A stretch of 64,000 nt of DNA, from NCBI GenBank assembly GCA_964630875.1, contig CAZVXF010000003.1, positions 13,404 to 77,403 of the forward strand, written 5' to 3'. Within the stretch, counting starts at the first letter, position 1. Every line of letters starts with the position of its first letter. Positions 1 through 9,917 of the stretch are shown one piece after another. The DNA is from an uncultured bacterium. GTDB lineage: Bacteria; Chlamydiota; Chlamydiia; Chlamydiales; SM23-39. The position numbers and the translations under genes were made by a program. The notes beneath the pieces were generated by a model. It searched no databases. It was not told the origin of the DNA and was given only the letters and a program-made list of their open reading frames with translations.

Positions 1-2
1 TT

Positions 3-365
3 TTACAAAATAACCCCACAGTACCCTGTGTATTAGAAGCATTTGAAAAAGGTGTTCCTCTAAAAGATATGTTGGTTGTTTCTCTTGGAACTGGGCAAGC
101 AAAAGGCCCTCTAGATCCTGTTTCAACATTTTTTGAAATGACGCAACCACAGCATAGAGATGATCAGGCTCTCGGCAAACTAGGAGTTTGTAATTTTCGT
201 TTTCAACATTTTTTCGAGAATGATCCTCCCCATTTAGATGATTGTCGTGAGGAGACAATTGCACGTCTCAAAGAAGCTGGCAAAGCAGTCGTAGATAAAG
301 CTCATGAAAATGATCTCTTAAGAGAGTTATGTAAACTGATATCTCCAGAAATGGGCCGAGAGTGA
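3..365 (+). CDS. patatin-like phospholipase, C-terminal part (5' end lies outside the window)
   Basis: The frame is open from the window edge. The translation ...LQNNPTVPCVLEAFEKGVPLKDMLVVSLGTGQ... carries the NNP and SLGTG blocks typical of patatin-family lipases. Confidence 0.55.
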   Translation, partial: LQNNPTVPCVLEAFEKGVPLKDMLVVSLGTGQAKGPLDPVSTFFEMTQPQHRDDQALGKLGVCNFRFQHFFENDPPHLDDCREETIARLKEAGKAVVDKAHENDLLRELCKLISPEMGRE

Positions 366-533
366 TTCAAAAATCGAGAAATGACTAGAGGCTTGCCCAA
401 ATTTTTTGTTCGCGCTCAACCATTGCGAGATGCAGGGGAAGTGAGAAAAACATCCAGTGAATGCGGCTATTTAAGGTGCTTTTCGACTTCTTCCTTTCTA
501 AAAAGTGATCATAGCATGGTATAATGCAATCGT

Positions 534-2204
534 ATGATGCGACGGCTTCTGAAAACCAATTTACGTTCCTTTTATTTTTTAAACGTCGCTCAATTTTTAG
601 GAGCATTAAACGACAATCTTTTTAAATTTCTCGTAATCTATCTCCTCATCGCGGTGAAAGGGCAAGCATTTGCAAATATTATTTTATCTTTGGCAGGTGC
701 CATTTTCGTGATTCCTTTTCTATTGTTTTCTTCTGCAGCAGGTGTTCTTGCGGATCGGTTGAGCAAAAGAAATATTATTGTTTTTTGCAAGATTTTAGAA
801 GTGAGCATCATGCTCTTTGCATGCATCGCTGTTTACACTGTGTGGGAAATAGGGCTTTACACTGCACTCTTTTTACTCGCTACACATAGTGCAATTTTTG
901 GTCCATCGAAGTATGGGATCATTCCGGAAATTGTCGAACAAAAAATGGTTTCGCGAGTCAACGGCTCATTGTCATCGATGACCTATCTTGCCATGATCAT
1001 CGGTACATTCCTGGTTTCTCTATTAACCTTACTGACAAACAAAAACTTTCTTCTGATTGCCTTCTTCTGCACGCTGGTTGCAGTCACTGGTTTGATCATT
1101 TCTTTTGGCATTCAACGGACAAACGCCGGAAAATCTCACAAAAAAATTAATCCATTTTTCTTTTATGAGATCTATCAAACATTAAAAATTTGTTGGAAAA
1201 TTCCTCATACGTTGCCGTGTATATTCGGTTCTTCCTTCTTTCTTTTCGTGGCTGCTTTTACACAATTGAATATGATCCCTTTTGCCATGGAGTCGCTGAA
1301 CCTCAGTGAAGTCGGTGGAGGATTTCTCTTCCCTGCGGCCGCAATTGGCATTGCGATTGGTTCGATGTTATCTGGGAGAGTGTCAAAAGACACAGTTGAG
1401 CCCGGGATTACCTGCATAGCAGGCTTCTTTTTGGGCATTCTTTTCATTTTGCTCTTCTTATTTTCATCCTCCTTAATTGCTGTCGTAATTCTGCTTGTTC
1501 TCCTTGGAATCGCAGGTGGGTTTTATCTTGTTCCTTGTGATGCATTTTTACAAGTTTATAGTCCGAATGAAAAACGGGGTCAAATCATTGCAGCAGCTAA
1601 TTTTTTAAGCTTTGTTGGCGTTTTGATGGCTGCAGTATACTTGTATATCGTTAGCCAAAATTTTGGCTTTTCTGCGGCAAGCGGATTTGGAATCCTTGGC
1701 ATCCTATGTTTGCTTGTGAATATTGCAATGGTAGGAAGACTTTCTGCGACTTTTTTCCCATTTTTTGCAAATCGCATCTTGAAAAAGTTTCGAAAAGCAC
1801 ATCTTCTTTCAACAATTCCAAATGCCGTCCTTGTTTTAAGAAGCAATTCCTGGTTAGATGCAATCCTTCTTTTTATGTATCTCCCTAATTTAAAAATACT
1901 TACACCCGGGAAATCGTTTCCTCATTTTCCATGGTTTAACCAACTATTTGATACGATCAGAATCCTTCCTCAAGAAGCTAGCTCTAAAAAATTAGCTCAT
2001 GAAATACATGTATGCCAAAAAAAAGACCAGCCCGTTTGTCTTTTTTTCCATCGTGAAGGTGATCCTACAGTGATCGAAGGATATGCTGAAGCCTTAGAGA
2101 ACCTTGATTTGAAAGTCGCTGTTGCACGGATCCAAAAAAGCTCTCATACGAAAAGTTTCTTTGGCTTTAAATACAAGCAAAAGCAGATCAATATTCTATT
2201 CTAA
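534..2204 (+). CDS. MFS transporter, lysophospholipid-transporter (LplT)-like, with a C-terminal PlsC-like domain lacking the HX4D histidine
   Basis: 556-aa ORF. The N-terminus RSFYFLNVAQFLGALNDNLFKFLVIYLL and ~12 hydrophobic helices resemble LplT/Aas-type MFS proteins. The C-terminal ~130 aa has VLVLRSNSWLDAILL where acyltransferases have NHxSxxD. Confidence 0.55.
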   Translation: MMRRLLKTNLRSFYFLNVAQFLGALNDNLFKFLVIYLLIAVKGQAFANIILSLAGAIFVIPFLLFSSAAGVLADRLSKRNIIVFCKILEVSIMLFACIAVYTVWEIGLYTALFLLATHSAIFGPSKYGIIPEIVEQKMVSRVNGSLSSMTYLAMIIGTFLVSLLTLLTNKNFLLIAFFCTLVAVTGLIISFGIQRTNAGKSHKKINPFFFYEIYQTLKICWKIPHTLPCIFGSSFFLFVAAFTQLNMIPFAMESLNLSEVGGGFLFPAAAIGIAIGSMLSGRVSKDTVEPGITCIAGFFLGILFILLFLFSSSLIAVVILLVLLGIAGGFYLVPCDAFLQVYSPNEKRGQIIAAANFLSFVGVLMAAVYLYIVSQNFGFSAASGFGILGILCLLVNIAMVGRLSATFFPFFANRILKKFRKAHLLSTIPNAVLVLRSNSWLDAILLFMYLPNLKILTPGKSFPHFPWFNQLFDTIRILPQEASSKKLAHEIHVCQKKDQPVCLFFHREGDPTVIEGYAEALENLDLKVAVARIQKSSHTKSFFGFKYKQKQINILF

Positions 2205-2217
2205 ATTCCTTTCTGAT

Positions 2218-3027
2218 TTAATCGACTAAAAGTGTACGAAAAAAACGGAAGGGATAAGCAGCATTTGGACCACAATTCCATACTGAATCGGAAAGCCGAC
2301 TGATTCTTATCCATGGTTGTTGCTCTTTTGTTGATGCATGAATGAATTGGTCGTTACCTAACGATACTGCGACATGCGATATTGTTTCGCGAGATTCTCC
2401 CCAAAAAATTAAGTCGCCGAGTTGAGGATGTTCAACCTCTTGAAAACGTGAATCTTGAGATTGCGGTAAAGAATCCCGAGGAATCTGAATTCCCATTTTG
2501 AAGTAGATCATTTGGGAAAATCCAGAACAATCAGAGCCGATACTTGATCGCCCTCCCCAAAGATAAGGAATTCCAAGAAATTGAAAACAAAAAGGAAGAA
2601 GATCTTCTTTGTTCAGTTTGTGATGAAATATTAGATTTCCTCTTTGAATATAACAGATTTCTTTGCTAGGCAATTCGATTGTGTGCCACCTAGAATCCGA
2701 TTCGATCACTCTGATTTCGACACCATAAGGCAAATAGAAAAGGGGTGCATAGAGAATTGACTGTTGATGGTAGACTGGAACGCTAAGCCGACATGTCACC
2801 ATTGTTGGCTGATAGAGTTCAGAAATGAGAGCATCTGAATAGACCCATCCTTCATACCCATCAGCTGTTCGGATAAGAGAATCGGATTCTAATTCTTGAA
2901 TCAAAGTGACTTTTTCTGCGAAAAGCACTTGTGAGACGATTTCTGCATCTCTAACAGGTGTTTTTCGCATGTTTACGACAGGCAAGCCACATATTTTCTT
3001 AGAAAGCGTAAATGAACTCCACTTCAA
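2218..3027 (-). CDS. NlpC/P60 family cell-wall peptidase with an N-terminal SH3-like region
   Basis: LGIPYLWGGRSSIGSDCSGFSQMIY...GDLIFWGE...ISHVAVSLGNDQFIHAS matches the catalytic Cys/His layout of NlpC/P60. The start may be the internal Met at 2970, which would avoid overlap with the upstream gene. Confidence 0.85.
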   Translation of the reverse strand: MKWSSFTLSKKICGLPVVNMRKTPVRDAEIVSQVLFAEKVTLIQELESDSLIRTADGYEGWVYSDALISELYQPTMVTCRLSVPVYHQQSILYAPLFYLPYGVEIRVIESDSRWHTIELPSKEICYIQRGNLIFHHKLNKEDLLPFCFQFLGIPYLWGGRSSIGSDCSGFSQMIYFKMGIQIPRDSLPQSQDSRFQEVEHPQLGDLIFWGESRETISHVAVSLGNDQFIHASTKEQQPWIRISRLSDSVWNCGPNAAYPFRFFRTLLVD

Positions 3028-4330
3028 ATTGCTTGTACATGAGGTTTGGTCCGATGTCGTGGTCTAGAGTCCATGAGCATTGAAGAAGCGGATTAATTGT
3101 CATATTATCAGTGAAAAGGTATGAACCGTCCAGAGAAAACCCGTAAAAATTGGTGCTACCAACTGCCTGATCTCTGAAAACAGGTCCACCAGATCCATCT
3201 GCTTTTTTAGTATAGAGTCCAACACCACCTGCATTTCCTCTTCCAATCCCGGAACAATCGAAACCAGGCACAGCTTGCGCTTGCACCCATTGAAAGTTTG
3301 CGTCAACCGCCCAATCGTACTTCTTTTTTAATGTTCCAAGAGAGACCCCTGTATACCATCCCCAATTTTGTTTGCCAAATGGCTGGTTTTCAATTCCAAC
3401 TGTCGCTAAAGGGTTGGATAGCGCTAAATGATTCACGAGCGCAGCTCCATAAAATTTAACAAGCTTTTTCCCCATCCAGCCTGGGTAAAATTGATAAGAG
3501 GCAAGAAACTGAGAGACTAGATAGCGAAATCTTAAATTGGTCAGCTGGGTTTCAATGATGGTGTTATCTTTCTCATTTTCCCCACCTGGACGATCCCAAT
3601 CAATGATCGAATACTTTAAATTCAGTCCAACATTCGCAATCCGCAAAGCCCCAATTTCAACAACAAATCCGTAGTGATTGGTTCGATCATTGACTACAAA
3701 AGCGCCGAGCTGGGTAATAAAGTCACCCACGGAAGGAGCCGCTTTACTGAAACGGAGTAGCGCACCATCGAAAACAGAAGAAAATTCAATCTTGGACTCA
3801 AACACGTTACTTAAATAACGACGGCCGATCTCTCCATCCATTGTAAAAGTATCACCCGGAACAAGGCGAGCTCCTAAATAAGCCTTCTCGAGTCGGATTT
3901 TATTGAATGTACCCGAGCGGATACCCATATCGTTATCATATTCAATTTTGATTGCAGCCCAAGTACGATCAGCGCGATAATCGAGCATTAAATTAAATTC
4001 CACATCCCAAGCAAACATCGGTCTTGGACCTCCGCCGCCACGCACTTGATTCCCATTTCTCTCTTCGCTCGTGGCTTGAAATTCTGTGCGAACTTCACCA
4101 CTTAAAGAAAGATCTCCACCGATTTCTCTCATTGTGACAAGTCGTTTGTCTTGCAACCAACGACGTAGAGCATCCATGTCCTTCGCATCAGGTTCTCTTC
4201 TTTGTGAAATACCATCTGCGGATTGAGCAAATGCGGGAAGTGTAAAAATAGATAAACAGAAAATGAATATTATGTAGATACGTGTTGCCATAAGGCAGGA
4301 CATTATAATGAAAATGGAATTTCCTGACAA
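2999..4330 (-). CDS. outer-membrane beta-barrel porin (putative)
   Basis: Signal peptide (likely start at Met 4291: MATRIYIIFIFCLSIFTLPAFA/QS), alternating beta-strand pattern and a C-terminal ...EFIYAF aromatic terminus. It lies in a run of OMP genes. Confidence 0.6.
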   Translation of the reverse strand: MSGNSIFIIMSCLMATRIYIIFIFCLSIFTLPAFAQSADGISQRREPDAKDMDALRRWLQDKRLVTMREIGGDLSLSGEVRTEFQATSEERNGNQVRGGGGPRPMFAWDVEFNLMLDYRADRTWAAIKIEYDNDMGIRSGTFNKIRLEKAYLGARLVPGDTFTMDGEIGRRYLSNVFESKIEFSSVFDGALLRFSKAAPSVGDFITQLGAFVVNDRTNHYGFVVEIGALRIANVGLNLKYSIIDWDRPGGENEKDNTIIETQLTNLRFRYLVSQFLASYQFYPGWMGKKLVKFYGAALVNHLALSNPLATVGIENQPFGKQNWGWYTGVSLGTLKKKYDWAVDANFQWVQAQAVPGFDCSGIGRGNAGGVGLYTKKADGSGGPVFRDQAVGSTNFYGFSLDGSYLFTDNMTINPLLQCSWTLDHDIGPNLMYKQFEVEFIYAF

Positions 4331-4343
4331 CTAGTGTCTAGAA

Positions 4344-5027
4344 TCAAAAACGAACCTGTGCTGCAACGGACAAACCGTCTTCGAATAGACCACGCCATTC
4401 AAAATTAGCGAGAAAGCAATTTCCTTTTGAATAGCTGATCCCGACAAAAGGTCCTAGATGTTGATCTTCATGAATCCAGATTGTTTTTTCAATTTTTGAC
4501 AATTTTCCATCGGTACGATTGATCGCACAACCAGCGTATGGGGTAAATTTTCCCATTCGATATGTGATAGCAGGAGATACTTGCCAATATCGTAAAAGAG
4601 CGCGTGTTGCATTCCAACCGCCTACTTGCCCGTCAATACAAAAGTTAAAATCACGCACGTTAAAGATGATGAGCTTCGCATCTCCAGACCAAAGTGTTCC
4701 GTGTAATTTTAGGCTCATTTTTGACAATTTCCATGTATAATGACCTGAACCAATTTGCCCCTGAAGATTGAATCTTTCCCGAATACTCCAAATCATTGCA
4801 CCTGACTCTGTAACGCCAGTAATCAGTACTTTCTTGGAATGCTTATGCATTTTCTTTTCCAGTAAGCAATCCCCGATCAATGCGCCTTGTGGATTTGTCC
4901 AATGAGTATCAGGAAAAGCAAACCCTTCTTCGATCAGCGCTGGCATTGCGGGATTAATAATTGGAGCCGCATATAGACAAGAAAATATACCATTCAAGAG
5001 AAATAACTTCATAAGACGACTGCACAA
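4344..5027 (-). CDS. MOMP-like outer-membrane beta-barrel protein
   Basis: Signal peptide followed by APIINPAMPALIEEGF, which resembles the chlamydial MOMP N-terminus (NPAEPSLMIDG, recalled from memory). C-terminal ...AAQVRF. Confidence 0.55.
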   Translation of the reverse strand: MCSRLMKLFLLNGIFSCLYAAPIINPAMPALIEEGFAFPDTHWTNPQGALIGDCLLEKKMHKHSKKVLITGVTESGAMIWSIRERFNLQGQIGSGHYTWKLSKMSLKLHGTLWSGDAKLIIFNVRDFNFCIDGQVGGWNATRALLRYWQVSPAITYRMGKFTPYAGCAINRTDGKLSKIEKTIWIHEDQHLGPFVGISYSKGNCFLANFEWRGLFEDGLSVAAQVRF

Positions 5028-5038
5028 ATTTTTGTAGA

Positions 5039-5821
5039 TTAGAAGCGAAAGTCTACAGTAACGGATAAAGCCTCCTCAGAAATCAATCGACTCTCCACAT
5101 TGACCATAAAAAATTGCCCGTTTGAGAGTGTACATCCAAGATACATACCGACAGGACAACGATTTCTTAAATGATCGCTGTGCGCTCCAAAATCGGCAAA
5201 GGAGGATGCAAGCCCCTTAATCACAGTAAGTTCATCCATATATAATGCACCAATATAAGGAGTCAGAATACAAATATGATACGAGAGCCCTAAATTCGCT
5301 TGCCAACCTCTCCATTCACATTTCCCACCTTGTAAAGAAACTGAATCGCCATCAATTGTAAATGTGGAAAGATGATGATGAGAGGCTCCGTACCGAGCGC
5401 CAAGACCAATATCCAATTGATCATATGAATATAGAATGGCTCTTCCTCCGATCGACCACAAAAAATTTCTTGCAGCAGTCAACTGAACATAGCGTATCCG
5501 ATCCGCGAGATCTGTAAAGCGCCAATTGGCATTGACTTTTGAATATCCAAAAACACCATAAAGATCGAGTCTTTCCAAAATATCTAAAGTGGCGGTTCCT
5601 GAGTGTGTGCTGCGCGTATACTTATCGACAAGCCCTGAACCTTTTTCTGCTTGTTCCATATTTCCGTCAAAAACAAAATCGCCCTCATACCCACCCCGAA
5701 TATTCACCCAACATTCGGTTGGAATCATAAAACCCCGACAAAGAATTCTTGGAGAAGAGGGATTCCCAACTGGTGCTGCATGTAAAGAACAGCAAAGCAA
5801 AAGGATCAAAAAGGTTTTCAT
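5039..5821 (-). CDS. MOMP-like outer-membrane beta-barrel protein
   Basis: Signal peptide followed by AAPVGNPSSPRILCRGFMIP...IRGGYEGDFVFDG, collinear with the MOMP LPVGNPAEPSLMIDG...GYYGDFVFDRV (from memory). C-terminal TVDFRF. ATGA overlap with psd. Confidence 0.65.
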   Translation of the reverse strand: MKTFLILLLCCSLHAAPVGNPSSPRILCRGFMIPTECWVNIRGGYEGDFVFDGNMEQAEKGSGLVDKYTRSTHSGTATLDILERLDLYGVFGYSKVNANWRFTDLADRIRYVQLTAARNFLWSIGGRAILYSYDQLDIGLGARYGASHHHLSTFTIDGDSVSLQGGKCEWRGWQANLGLSYHICILTPYIGALYMDELTVIKGLASSFADFGAHSDHLRNRCPVGMYLGCTLSNGQFFMVNVESRLISEEALSVTVDFRF

Positions 5822-6717
5822 GTTGCCATCCCTAGCGACTCTCCGTAATTGGCTTTCGTTTCAAAACCCTTTTGGGAATTCATGACTAAATCTTTATCAA
5901 AGGTCATGCTTCCTTTTTCAAATAAAAGAACAATACATGACCCGCCAAAGGAAAAGTATCCTTTTTCATCACCTTTGGATACTTTTTTCTCCGGCGTATA
6001 TGTTTGATGAATAGTGCCTACACAAATTGCCCCAACTTCCACATAAAGTATTTTCCCAAAGGCTTCTGTATCTATATCCGTAACGACACGTTTATTGGTC
6101 CAAAGAATAGAAAAATTTTTCCTCAGCGCAATCGGACTTACAGAATGATAATCTCCATCGATTGGCTGAGACCTTGCTGGAATTCCATCAGCCACAAAAT
6201 GAAATCGATGATAATCTGTCGGACAAAGACGCGCGATGACCATGGAGCCTTCATGATATCTTCTTGCATAGGCGCCATTTTGCAGAAATGTCACTAAATC
6301 AAACGGTCTTCCTTTCACATAAAAAAGGTCTTCTTGTTGAAGGGAGGGGAACACTAAATATCTTCCATCTGCCGGTAAAACAGCGCGCCTCGGATCCTGC
6401 ACAATAGGCCTTACTTCTTTTTTTAATTTGCGGGTGAAAAAGTCATTAAAAGAATTGAAATTCGTATTTGCAAATTCAGATCGATCAATCCCATATGTAT
6501 TAATAAAAGGATCTATCTTTTTCGCGCTCTTGGGTCTTTTCTGAAAATAACCATAAATTTTCGAGAAAATCGGGATTCTCGAAAGAAGAGGGGTAAATAA
6601 AAAAGAAAAAAGACGAGAGGTCCAGCTATCCCCGTAGAAAAGCGATAAAGCTCGATGGCCGTAGATTTTCTCCACCTCTACTGTATTTGTCTTTCGATGA
6701 ATATAGCGAATTTCCAT
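5818..6717 (-). CDS. psd: phosphatidylserine decarboxylase proenzyme
   Basis: 299 aa. DYHRFHFVADG and the C-terminal self-cleavage-like block GYFSFGGSCIVLLFEKG are typical of Psd. Confidence 0.85.
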   Translation of the reverse strand: MEIRYIHRKTNTVEVEKIYGHRALSLFYGDSWTSRLFSFLFTPLLSRIPIFSKIYGYFQKRPKSAKKIDPFINTYGIDRSEFANTNFNSFNDFFTRKLKKEVRPIVQDPRRAVLPADGRYLVFPSLQQEDLFYVKGRPFDLVTFLQNGAYARRYHEGSMVIARLCPTDYHRFHFVADGIPARSQPIDGDYHSVSPIALRKNFSILWTNKRVVTDIDTEAFGKILYVEVGAICVGTIHQTYTPEKKVSKGDEKGYFSFGGSCIVLLFEKGSMTFDKDLVMNSQKGFETKANYGESLGMAT

Positions 6718-6720
6718 CTG

Positions 6721-7749
6721 TTAGATATTATAGAGTTTTCCGAGCTCAGTCAAAATTTTTCTATGTCCAGAGGAAAAAGGAAGCTCACGTAATCGTGAAA
6801 TTTCGATCCAATCGTAACGACTTTCAAATCGACAGGTTTTAATTAAATAAGGAAATAAATTTGCTTTATACTTTGTAAATGTATGATTGCATGGTTGTAA
6901 TTTTATTAACAAATTATCTGCTTCATTTAAGAAATATTCTAATGAATTGTGTATCTGAATATAAGGAAATTCATAAAGATCGGCCATGATCTTTCCTTTT
7001 TCTCCTTTTCGAACAAGAATATACCCATCACTTTCAAAAACAAATACGAGACGATCGATTTGACTGATGCGCTGTTCTTTTGTTTTTATCGGCAAATACT
7101 CTGCTCGGTTTTTTTGCCTCGCTAAACAGGCGTTTTTGAGTGGGCACACTTCACAACGCGGTTTTGGTGTGCAAATGGTTGCTCCAAGCTCAATCAACGC
7201 TTCCGCGGTGACCCAAGGAATCTTTGGATCTAATAGAACTTCAGTTTTCTCATGTATTTTTTTTCTTGTCGTACTTTTTTGAATATCTTCTTCAATACAA
7301 AAAAAACGAGACACAACCCTCATTACATTTCCATCGACAGCAGGAGCTCTTTGTTGAAAAGCAAAACTTCGGATTGCTCCGACTGTATATGGGCCGAAAC
7401 CATGAATCGATAAAAGCTCATTTTCAGAGGTTGGAATTTCACCACCAAATCGTTCAACGAGCTCTTTTGCAGCTCGATGTAAATTTCTGGCTCTAGAATA
7501 ATAACCTAAGCCTTCCCAAGCCTTAATGACTTGTTCAAGCGGAGCGCTGTAAAGCGCTTTTACATCTGGGAAAAGCTCCATAAAACGTTGAAAATAGGGA
7601 ATCACAACAGACGCCCGTGTCTGTTGGAGCATGACTTCAGAAATCCATACCCGGTAAGGAGTCCGGTTTTTTCTCCAGGGAAAATCTCTTTTGTTCTCTT
7701 CGAACCACTTTTCTAGTAAAGTCTCACTCATGCGCCGCTGTGCTTTCAA
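6721..7749 (-). CDS. mutY: A/G-specific adenine DNA glycosylase
   Basis: FPWRKNRTPYRVWISEVMLQQTRASVVIPYFQRF, a HhH-GPD region and a Cys cluster (CTPKPRCEVCPLKNAC), followed by a NUDIX-like C-terminus. Confidence 0.9.
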   Translation of the reverse strand: MKAQRRMSETLLEKWFEENKRDFPWRKNRTPYRVWISEVMLQQTRASVVIPYFQRFMELFPDVKALYSAPLEQVIKAWEGLGYYSRARNLHRAAKELVERFGGEIPTSENELLSIHGFGPYTVGAIRSFAFQQRAPAVDGNVMRVVSRFFCIEEDIQKSTTRKKIHEKTEVLLDPKIPWVTAEALIELGATICTPKPRCEVCPLKNACLARQKNRAEYLPIKTKEQRISQIDRLVFVFESDGYILVRKGEKGKIMADLYEFPYIQIHNSLEYFLNEADNLLIKLQPCNHTFTKYKANLFPYLIKTCRFESRYDWIEISRLRELPFSSGHRKILTELGKLYNI

Positions 7750-8755
7750 TACTGGATCCGATTTTCATCTCCTCGATCATATTGGTCCTTTTGCTCATGC
7801 CCATAAAATGCCTTTATTCATTGAAGAGGAAAAGAATTTTACACTCTTCAAACATTATTATCCTATGGCGGAAAGTATTCATTTTCCAGAAATGGCATCA
7901 GATCTTTCATTTTTTGCCAAAAATTTTGACGAACTTTATGAGTGCAAATTTTGGCTTCCCCATTTAAAAAAACTCTTTGCAGATCTTTATCAAAAAGAAA
8001 TGCGCTTAATTTTTTGTGCTCATGGGCAATCCGATAAAGGATTTGGTGCACCTCTTTTACATCCTTACGCATCACAAGATTGCTGCATGATTTATGGAAA
8101 GCTCTTTAAAGAAATGCTTCAAGAACTCAAAATCTCAGCAAACTGTAAAGAGACTGGAAATTATAGACTATCCCACTATCTAAAGTATCAAGAGTTTTAT
8201 GATTCAATCGCCAAAAAAGAAATCCTCTCCAAATTTCCAAACCCACAGTTCACCCTTCTCTATGCTCCTACTTGGAAAGATGCTGACGGGGCTACGAGTT
8301 TTTTTCAGAATATCTCATCACTTTGTGAAACATTGCCTAGCAGCATAAATCTCATTGTAAAAGTTCATCCGCTTCTTGAACAAAGGGATCCTGCGCAATA
8401 TTACCACATTGCGCACATCATCGAACAAATGCCAAACAGACTTCTTTTAGAGACTTTCTTGCCCATCTATCCTTTACTTGCTTGCGCTGACGCATATCTC
8501 GGGGATTACTCTTCGGTTGGCTATGATTTTCTGTATTTCCAGAAACCGATGTTCTTTTTGTTGAATGAAAGTTTACCGAAAGGAAAAATTCATCACTGCG
8601 GACTTGTCTTAAAAAGTATTGATGAACTGTTCGAAAACCTAGCTGAGAATCCATATCGCGATCAACAAGAAGCCCTTTATAGAAAAGCCTTTTGTGTTAG
8701 TCGGCGCGAGGGGGGAGAACAAACAAAGCATCTAGATCGCTCATCGTATCTATGA
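7730..8755 (+). CDS. CDP-glycerol glycerophosphotransferase (TagB/TagF) family protein
   Basis: YAPTWKD, IVKVHPLL and DYSSVGYDFLYFQKPMFF blocks match the Glyphos_transf family layout. The start is set at Met 7730 rather than the track start 7691, which overlaps mutY. Confidence 0.5.
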   Translation: MRRCAFNTGSDFHLLDHIGPFAHAHKMPLFIEEEKNFTLFKHYYPMAESIHFPEMASDLSFFAKNFDELYECKFWLPHLKKLFADLYQKEMRLIFCAHGQSDKGFGAPLLHPYASQDCCMIYGKLFKEMLQELKISANCKETGNYRLSHYLKYQEFYDSIAKKEILSKFPNPQFTLLYAPTWKDADGATSFFQNISSLCETLPSSINLIVKVHPLLEQRDPAQYYHIAHIIEQMPNRLLLETFLPIYPLLACADAYLGDYSSVGYDFLYFQKPMFFLLNESLPKGKIHHCGLVLKSIDELFENLAENPYRDQQEALYRKAFCVSRREGGEQTKHLDRSSYL

Positions 8756-9767
8756 TTGGATGGACTTCGATTTCATACGAAAATCCACCCGGTTTTGGCT
8801 CTTTCACATATTTGACAATACCCACTCTTAAATCAGGAGGAAAAACGCCGTCAAAACCAGTCGTTACGAGCAGATCTCCTTTTTTTAAAAGGGCAATTTT
8901 TTTTGGAGCGGAGCCCTCTTCATCTACATAGTCAAAATTAAATCCGATTCCTTTCAGAGAGGAGCTGCGCGCTCGCCATAAAGGGGAACTGCTTCCATGA
9001 AGTTCTCCTTTTGCTAGATAAGCCTCTTTGTTTTCTAGCTCCGATCTGACTTCTTGAAGTTGACTAACTAACGATTCTTTATCGGGCAGCAACTCGATTA
9101 ATGCGCTCATCTTTGAAAGAATTTCTTCATTGCGAATACTCCCACGAATCGCTCGAACAGCAGGGGAAAGGCCTGAATCTGAAATCAGCCTAACGCGAGA
9201 CTGTCGATTGCCTACATAATCGACAACACCAACAAGAGCGCACCCTGAAACAACTGGACTATTCTTTGCAATGACTTGCTTCCCTAATACTTGATTATCT
9301 TCTTCTCCTACATTGACCCACAAACTACTTCCCCAAGATGATGGATCCCGATAGATCACTTCTGCTGGCATTGCCATTAACTCTGACTGAAGAATATTTT
9401 GCAGATGTCGTGCCCGCCTTTCAAAAAAAGGTTTATCTGTCGCTTCCGTTTTAAATTTCTCATAAAGAGTGAGTTGCTCCAGGATTCTTTTTTCATCGCC
9501 AAGCCATTGAGAAATGCGTTCGATTTGCGATCGTAACATTGCATTTTCTAATTCGAGCTGCGCAATTTCTTTCTCATTTTTATGAAGCGAAGCAAAAGTG
9601 GGGCGACCAGGTAGATATTTTTTAATGCCTCTTGCACCATCCCAAACAGGTCCAAGCGAGGCTACAGAAAAAGATCGCAATTGATCAGAAATGTGTAAGG
9701 GAATATTGATCCAGCAAAAAAGAAGCGCTGCAAGAGTGATATAAAACGGTGATAATCCTTTACGCAT
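8697..9767 (-). CDS. mreC: rod shape-determining protein MreC
   Basis: N-terminal TM and coiled coil, then PVVSGCALVGVVDYVGNRQSRVRLISDSG and GDLLVTTGFDGVFPPDLRVGIV, characteristic of MreC. Confidence 0.8.
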   Translation of the reverse strand: MRKGLSPFYITLAALLFCWINIPLHISDQLRSFSVASLGPVWDGARGIKKYLPGRPTFASLHKNEKEIAQLELENAMLRSQIERISQWLGDEKRILEQLTLYEKFKTEATDKPFFERRARHLQNILQSELMAMPAEVIYRDPSSWGSSLWVNVGEEDNQVLGKQVIAKNSPVVSGCALVGVVDYVGNRQSRVRLISDSGLSPAVRAIRGSIRNEEILSKMSALIELLPDKESLVSQLQEVRSELENKEAYLAKGELHGSSSPLWRARSSSLKGIGFNFDYVDEEGSAPKKIALLKKGDLLVTTGFDGVFPPDLRVGIVKYVKEPKPGGFSYEIEVHPIIDTMSDLDALFVLPPRAD

Positions 9768-9818
9768 ACTTTTCCTCGCAGATTAAACCAAAAGAAGCTA
9801 TAATTAAAGCTTATTTTG

Positions 9819-9891
9819 GGGGCGTTAGCTCAGTTGGTAGAGCGCTACGATGGCATTGTAGAGGTCATCGGTTCGAATCCGATACGCTCCA
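9819..9891 (+). tRNA. tRNA-Ala (anticodon GGC)
   Basis: Hand-folded cloverleaf. Acceptor GGGGCGT/ACGCTCC includes the G3:U70 alanine identity pair. D arm TAGCTCAGTTGGTAGAGC, anticodon loop ATGGCAT, T arm GGTTCGAATCC. No encoded CCA. Confidence 0.9.
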
Positions 9892-9917
9892 ATCATAATG
9901 GCTTGATGAACTGCCTC

